In this document: in pieces, positions 58,826 to 64,000 of the stretch | Position numbering within the stretch: the stretch's first letter is position 1 | How the letters are laid out: every line of letters starts with the position of its first letter | Assembly: GCA_016871535.1 (NCBI GenBank) | Contig: VHCZ01000001.1 | Location: forward strand, 22,733-86,732 | Source of the DNA: Verrucomicrobiota bacterium | GTDB taxonomy: Bacteria; Verrucomicrobiota; Verrucomicrobiia; Limisphaerales; SIBE01 | Direction of reading: 5' to 3' | DNA length: 64,000 nt | Position numbers and translations under genes: made by a program | Notes under the pieces: model-generated | Databases searched by the model: none | What the model saw: only the letters and a program-made list of their open reading frames with translations | Told to the model about the DNA's origin: nothing

Positions 58826-61800
58826 TTGCGCCCGCTTGGTCGATGCCTGGCGCTAGTTCTAGCGTGGCTTTTCGCATGGTGCGGCGCGGCGCAGACGACG
58901 CAAACGCCAGGCCAGGGCACAACTCCCACTCCTCCGGGCCGGGCGGGCGGCCGCGGCGCTTTCGGATTCAGCCTGTCGCCGACACTGGCGACGCAAATGC
59001 TGTCGCAGGGCGACAAAAATCAGGACCAGAAACTGGCGAAGGACGAGTTCAACGCTCTGCCGGATGCGTGGTTCGACGCGCTCGACACGGATGGCATCGG
59101 CCGGGTGACTCAGGACGAATTCAACGAACGCTTTGGAAGCCTGTTGCCGCCGCCGCCGGGTTTTGGCCAGCGCGGCAGCGGGCTGCCGACCGCCGGACGC
59201 GGCGGTTTTGCCTCCAGCCGTTACGTCGGCTTTTTCTCGGTGCTCGACGCAGACCAGGATGGCTTTCTCACGCGCGACGAATTGAAAGCCATGTTCGAAA
59301 GATGGTTCAACGAATGGGCCAGGGCGAGCGGCGGGTCTCTGGATCGCGAGCAACTGGTCGCGGGTTTTAATTCCGTCTTGCCGCGCACGAACATGGGAGG
59401 CGCGACCGGAGGCGAAGCGCAAGTTCCGATTCCGGGGCTTCCCAAACCACCGCCGTCGCCGGTTCTTTCTCCCGCAGAAGCCCTCCGCACGCTTCATTTG
59501 CCCGAAGGATTCAGAGCGGAATTAGCCGCGAGCGAACCGATGATCGAGGACCCCATCACGATGGCCTTCGATGAGGACGGACGGCTGTTCGTGGTCGAGA
59601 TGCGGGGTTTCATGCTCGACATCGATCGCACCGGCGAACGCGAACCGAGCGGGCGAATCGTGCGGCTCGAAGATGCCGACGGAGATGGACGCTTCGACAA
59701 GGCCAGCGTGTTCGTCGATCAACTCGTGCTGCCGCGAGCGATCGCAGCAGTCCACGGCGGCCTTCTCTACGTTTCGGATTACAAACTTTGGTTCGCCCAG
59801 GATACGGATGGAGACGGCAAGGCCGATCGCACTGAGTTGGTGGACGATGCTTACGGCAACGGGAATGTCGAGCACGGGCCGAACGGCCTGATGCGCGCGA
59901 TGGACAACTGGATTTACAACGCTGAGTCGCAGTATCGCTACCGATTCGTCCGCGGCGTGCTGATCAAGCAGCGCACGGAATTCCGCGGCCAATGGGGCCT
60001 GACGCACGACAATTACGGCCGGCTGTTCTACAACGTGAACAACAGCCAGCTTCTGGGTGATTTCGCGCCGCCCAATTACATGGGACGCAACCCACACCAC
60101 CGCACCGCCGCCGGATTGAATCTGGCCGTGGCGACGGACCAGCGGGTTTTCACGATCCGCATGAACACCGCGGTCAACCGCGGTTATCTGACGAATGTCC
60201 TCGACGCGACCGGCAAACTCTACGTGTTCGCTTCCTCGTGCAGTCCGCTCATCTATCGAGGCGACAATTTTCCGGATGAATTCCAGGGGAACGCCTTCGT
60301 TTGCGATCCCAGCGCAAACTTGATCAAACGCAATCTCGTCTTCGACCAAAACCTGACGCTCACCTCGCGGTTTGCCTACACGAATTCCGAATTTCTCGCT
60401 TCGACGGACGAGCGGTTTCGACCGTGCAATATCTTCAACGGACCGGACGGGACTCTCTGGGTCGTCGATATGTATCGCGGCGTGATCCAATATGGGATGT
60501 TCATGACCGCTTATTTGCGGCGTGACACGCTGGAGCGCGGTTTGGACAAAGGCATCCACTACGGCCGCATTTACCGGATCGTCTCCACGGGCAAGCCGCC
60601 GGGGAAGTTTCCTCAACTGTCGAAGCTTGGCTCGCAGGCGTTGACCGAACGCCTGTCAGATCCAAACGGCTGGATTCGCGACACGGCGCAACGACTGTTG
60701 GTCGAGCGCGGGGATCGTTCGGTTGTTGCGGAACTGGCGCGGCTCGCTGTTTCTGGAGCAAACCCGCTCGGTCGCATCCACGCCTTATGGACCTTGGAAG
60801 GTCTTCTCCTCGTGTTGCCGAATGACCAATCCGCAATCCGCAATCCGCAATCCGCAATTCCTCAGCCGCACGCGCTCCGCCTCGCCCATGTCGAACCCAC
60901 CCTCCTGTTGGAAGCTCCGGATCTGACACCCGAAGTTCTGGGTGCCTGTGTGAAGGCCGCCGGCGATGAGCATCCCAAAGTCCAGGCCGCCGCGATTCGC
61001 GTCGCCGAAGCGCTCACGGCGTCGAATCGCGCCCACCAAAAGGCGGTTCTGCAAAAACTCACGTCCCTCGGCCGGGGCGCGGCGTCGGAAGTGGTTTTCC
61101 AGGCCGCGCTCGCGGCGGGGAATCTCGCGAAGCCCGAAAGCCTGCCGTTGCTGGCATCGATTGCCGAATCCGACGCCGAACACTCGCTGATTCGCCACGC
61201 CGTCCTGAGCGGGCTTCGGGATTGGGAACTTCAATTTCTGCAAATCCTGCTGGCGGATCCTCGCTGGCAAAACTTACAACCGGGACGCGGCGCGTTTCTT
61301 CAAGCATTGGCCGGCGCCATTGTGAATGAGCGGGACGCCCGCAAGACGGAGACGCTTCTCGCCCTCGCCGCGGGGCAAAAGCCGGGACAATTCTGGCGGC
61401 GCAAGAGCTTGCTGGATGGAATGGCCGCAAACGCGCAAAACCGGTTTTTCCAGCCTATCGCCCTGGGCGCGGTTCCGGCGGCGCTGGAAACGTTGGGCCA
61501 ATCGGACGACACTGCCGTTCGCGAACAGAGCGAGCGGATCAGGAAATTGTTTTCCTGGCCTGGGCATCAGACGGCTTCGGCGGCTGCCTCTGAAGGCGCG
61601 GTTCGCGCTGAGCTTTCCGGAAACGGGAGCGTGATTGAGGCGGGCAAACTTCTTTATCAACAAATCTGCGCCGGCTGTCATGGATTGGAGGGCGAAGGGC
61701 TCACGCCGCTTGCGCCGCCGCTCGTCAATTCCGACTGGGTGCTCGGCTCGGAAGCGCGCCTCATTCGGATTGCTCTTCACGGCGTCGCGGGGCCTATCCA

Positions 61801-62026
61801 CGTGAATGCCACTCGCTACGAACCGCCGATGACGTTGCCGGACATGCCTTCGCTGAGGGACGCATTGGACAACACCCAGATTGCCGCCGTGCTCAGTTTC
61901 ATCCGCCAGAGTTTCGGGAACGGCGCCGCGCCTGTCACCAGCGTCCGTGTTGCAAGAATCCGTCGTGAAACGGAAAAGCGCGAGACGCCGTGGTCGGAGG
62001 AGGAGCTTTTGCAGATCGAACCTTAA
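58826..62026 (+). CDS. PVC-type EF-hand / membrane-bound-dehydrogenase-like / HEAT / CxxCH heme-binding protein
   Basis: Signal peptide (LRPLGRCLALVLAWLFAWCGAAQ) and EF-hand loops (DKNQDQKLAKDEF, DTDGIGRVTQDEF, DADQDGFLTRDEL). Domain start LHLPEGFRAELAASEPMIEDPITMAFDEDGRLFVVEM, HEAT repeats and the C-terminal CAGCH site. The start is uncertain (TTG 58826 proposed) because the ORF upstream is repeat sequence. Confidence 0.8.
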   Translation: MRPLGRCLALVLAWLFAWCGAAQTTQTPGQGTTPTPPGRAGGRGAFGFSLSPTLATQMLSQGDKNQDQKLAKDEFNALPDAWFDALDTDGIGRVTQDEFNERFGSLLPPPPGFGQRGSGLPTAGRGGFASSRYVGFFSVLDADQDGFLTRDELKAMFERWFNEWARASGGSLDREQLVAGFNSVLPRTNMGGATGGEAQVPIPGLPKPPPSPVLSPAEALRTLHLPEGFRAELAASEPMIEDPITMAFDEDGRLFVVEMRGFMLDIDRTGEREPSGRIVRLEDADGDGRFDKASVFVDQLVLPRAIAAVHGGLLYVSDYKLWFAQDTDGDGKADRTELVDDAYGNGNVEHGPNGLMRAMDNWIYNAESQYRYRFVRGVLIKQRTEFRGQWGLTHDNYGRLFYNVNNSQLLGDFAPPNYMGRNPHHRTAAGLNLAVATDQRVFTIRMNTAVNRGYLTNVLDATGKLYVFASSCSPLIYRGDNFPDEFQGNAFVCDPSANLIKRNLVFDQNLTLTSRFAYTNSEFLASTDERFRPCNIFNGPDGTLWVVDMYRGVIQYGMFMTAYLRRDTLERGLDKGIHYGRIYRIVSTGKPPGKFPQLSKLGSQALTERLSDPNGWIRDTAQRLLVERGDRSVVAELARLAVSGANPLGRIHALWTLEGLLLVLPNDQSAIRNPQSAIPQPHALRLAHVEPTLLLEAPDLTPEVLGACVKAAGDEHPKVQAAAIRVAEALTASNRAHQKAVLQKLTSLGRGAASEVVFQAALAAGNLAKPESLPLLASIAESDAEHSLIRHAVLSGLRDWELQFLQILLADPRWQNLQPGRGAFLQALAGAIVNERDARKTETLLALAAGQKPGQFWRRKSLLDGMAANAQNRFFQPIALGAVPAALETLGQSDDTAVREQSERIRKLFSWPGHQTASAAASEGAVRAELSGNGSVIEAGKLLYQQICAGCHGLEGEGLTPLAPPLVNSDWVLGSEARLIRIALHGVAGPIHVNATRYEPPMTLPDMPSLRDALDNTQIAAVLSFIRQSFGNGAAPVTSVRVARIRRETEKRETPWSEEELLQIEP
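60827..60861 (+). repeat. Heptanucleotide tandem repeat (CAATCCG x4 + CAATTCC) inside a CDS
   Basis: CAATCCGCAATCCGCAATCCGCAATCCGCAATTCC, translated QSAIRNPQSAIP. Confidence 0.9.
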
Positions 62027-62112
62027 AAGAGCAATTGGCGGCAAGTTGCCGCCGAAGGCCAGGCCCCAGAGACGGCCTTCCGGATCGCGGTTCACGCCGT
62101 GGAGTTTTATCC

Positions 62113-62188
62113 AACCACGGATGAACAGGGATGAACACGGATAGGAGCGCAACTTTGAATCCGTGTTTATCCGTGTCCATCCGTGGTT
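62113..62188. repeat. CACGGAT-type palindrome, copy 6
   Basis: AACCACGGATgaACAGGGATgaACACGGAT...ATCCGTGtttATCCGTGtccATCCGTGGTT, in the convergent gap between two stop codons. Confidence 0.85.
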
Positions 62189-62356
62189 AAAAAATCTGGG
62201 AGAGGATTTCACGAGAACTTCAGAAGTCGCGGCTACGAGGGGGAATCGCCGTCTGCTGGGCATCAAAACTCAAAATTGGTCCAAGGATCAGGATTACGAG
62301 TATGATTAGGAGCAGGCGTCAATTCGCGCTAATTCGTGGAATTCGTGTCAGCCAGG

Positions 62357-63271
62357 TCACTCCATCGTCGCCGTTCTGGGTTCAAACGCGCCGGATTGCC
62401 ATTCGCCTTCGCGCTTTGTCGCGACCAACCTCAAGCCGGCTCGCTCATACGCATCGCGGACGTTATGAAACTCGCGGGCGAGAATCCCGGCCAGCACCAA
62501 TCGTCCTCCTGGCTTCAGCCGATTCAAAATTCGCCCGGCTTCCTTGAGCAGCACGGTGGCGATCAGGTTCGCGCAGATGAGGTCGTAATGGTGTGAATCG
62601 CGTGCGGGCAATCGGCTCAGGTCCTGGCGCGCAATTGCGACTCGCTCCGTCACCCGATTTCTCTTGCTGTTCGCTTTGGCAACTCGAACTGCGACGGGAT
62701 CGAGGTCGAATGCCCGGACAGGTTGGTATCCCAGTTTGGCCGCCGCGATGGCGAGAATTCCAGAACCGGTGCCGATGTCCAAAAAAGACTGCGGGACCCC
62801 GGCCTGGCGAAAGCCCGCCAGTTGCTCCAGGCAAAATGCGGTCGTGGGATGCTGGCCGGTTCCGAAACTCAAGCCGGGGTCGAGGATGACCACCGCCTGG
62901 TTCTTTCGAGGCCGGCGTTTGCTCCAACTGGGCCGGATGAGCAACGCGCTGCCGATCTCGATGGTCTTGAAATGTTTTTTCCACGACTCCGCCCAATCCT
63001 GGCGCGGCACTCGGGAGACGGTGGTGGTCGCGGGGCGAATGTCCAATCCGAAACTCGCGATCTGTCTGACGCCTTGCCGCAAGGCCTCCCGCCACGCGCG
63101 TGCACCGCCGGGAGCCTTCGAGAAATGGACGGTGACGACCGGTTTCCCAGATTCCTCCGAGGTGTAAACCGACGGCACGTTCCCGAACAATCTCTCCAGC
63201 AGCGCCGCGACGGCTTCCTCGGCCTGCGACGATGTGACCACAGAAACTTGCCAGAGCACGGCGGCTTTCAT
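62357..63271 (-). CDS. prmA: Ribosomal protein L11 methyltransferase
   Basis: PrmA blocks IEIGSALLIRPSW, VILDPGLSFGTGQHPTT and FLDIGTGSGILAIAAAKLG. Confidence 0.9.
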   Translation of the reverse strand: MKAAVLWQVSVVTSSQAEEAVAALLERLFGNVPSVYTSEESGKPVVTVHFSKAPGGARAWREALRQGVRQIASFGLDIRPATTTVSRVPRQDWAESWKKHFKTIEIGSALLIRPSWSKRRPRKNQAVVILDPGLSFGTGQHPTTAFCLEQLAGFRQAGVPQSFLDIGTGSGILAIAAAKLGYQPVRAFDLDPVAVRVAKANSKRNRVTERVAIARQDLSRLPARDSHHYDLICANLIATVLLKEAGRILNRLKPGGRLVLAGILAREFHNVRDAYERAGLRLVATKREGEWQSGAFEPRTATME

Positions 63272-63482
63272 TCAAGGGCTTGCGGATGACGGAATCGACG
63301 ACTGAAGCTGGAAATGGGAATTAGCCCTTTAATTAATTAACAGGAGGTGGGTAACAGAGATTCGTGAACGCTGGCCGGCGCGCCTGGTCCAGTAGTTGCG
63401 GGTGGATGAGATCGGCGTCGATTCTTTCGTTCCGAAGCGATCTCGCTCCGTTGCCTCTGTTGACTCCTGTTGAAAGCGGCAG

Positions 63483-64000
63483 TCACGGGATATCCCGCCA
63501 GGGCGCGAAATTCAGAATCTGCACTTCCGTCTTGTGCGGGAAGCAATCCACCACGGTCAGGCTGGCGTAATCGATGTCGAAGCCCGACATCTTGACGAGC
63601 GGGATATCCAGAAGAATCGCCAGCATCATGCGAATGACTCCGCCGTGGCAAACCACTCCGATCGACCGGCCTGGCGCGGCCCGGAGAATTTCCCGCAACG
63701 CCTGCTCGATTCGCTCGCGAAACCCTCCGGCGGACTCCGCGCCGGCCATGAGACCGCGATCCAATTGATCGAGCCATTGGAAAGCGCTGATGCCGAACCG
63801 GACTTTGACATCTTCCCAGGTCAACCCAGTCCAGGATCCGAAATCCACTTCGCGAAGTTCCTCCAGGAAACGCGGGCGCGCATGCTGGGCCGCAAAGAGC
63901 TTTTCGACGGTTTGTTGGACGCGCTTCATCGGGCTGGCGTAGATCGCGTCGAAGGGAGTGCGCCGAAGATAGGCCGCCAGTTTCCCGGCTTGTTCGTGTC
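63483..64000 (-). CDS. Histidine phosphatase (phosphoglycerate mutase-like) family protein, 5' end outside the window
   Basis: ...FDAIYASPMKRVQQT... and VVCHGGVIRMMLAILL. The reading frame stays open to the window edge. Confidence 0.8.
   Translation of the reverse strand, partial: HEQAGKLAAYLRRTPFDAIYASPMKRVQQTVEKLFAAQHARPRFLEELREVDFGSWTGLTWEDVKVRFGISAFQWLDQLDRGLMAGAESAGGFRERIEQALREILRAAPGRSIGVVCHGGVIRMMLAILLDIPLVKMSGFDIDYASLTVVDCFPHKTEVQILNFAPWRDIP

Overview
GC-rich bacterial chromosomal segment. The gene content points to the PVC superphylum, most likely a Verrucomicrobiota-like organism (inference): three PVC-type CxxCH heme-binding/HEAT proteins, DUF1080 domains, an H-X9-DG prepilin-like remnant and an ECF sigma plus Ser/Thr-kinase-WD40 pair. 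About 35 genes look intact. They include metK, ahcY, mutS, ilvD, lysS and prmA. They also include a PPK2-corA-sensor kinase-sigma54 regulator-GT-C membrane protein block followed by a polysaccharide export module (beta-barrel OMP, Wzc-like BY-kinase, Wza, FHA protein). A SahR-like ArsR/methyltransferase regulator sits next to metK-ahcY. There is also an SNF2/SWIM helicase, a secreted TldD/PmbA pair and an ABC ATPase. Between these lie at least a dozen gene remnants (frameshifted, truncated, internally deleted or split by repeats). The load of short interspersed repeats is unusually heavy, by my hand tally about 45 copies and roughly 6 percent of the bases. (1) Four MITE-like families, three of them with clean 3-bp TNA target duplications. 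Two 273-bp copies differ at a single base, and one of them splits a beta-propeller gene exactly between two codons. Three families share a conserved 57-nt core nested inside family-specific inverted repeats. (2) A 144-bp composite palindrome family (CCCTCACCCC.../...GGGGTGAGGG). (3) GTAG...CTAC-bracketed hairpin arrays and 83-bp long palindromes resembling REP/REPIN elements; one array sits in frame inside mutS. (4) Six CACGGAT-type palindromes in intergenic gaps, mostly just past stop codons. (5) Several short tandem tracts. I recognised no rRNA, tRNA, CRISPR array, transposase or integrase gene. All calls come from reading the sequence and ORF translations by eye; no searches or computations were run.
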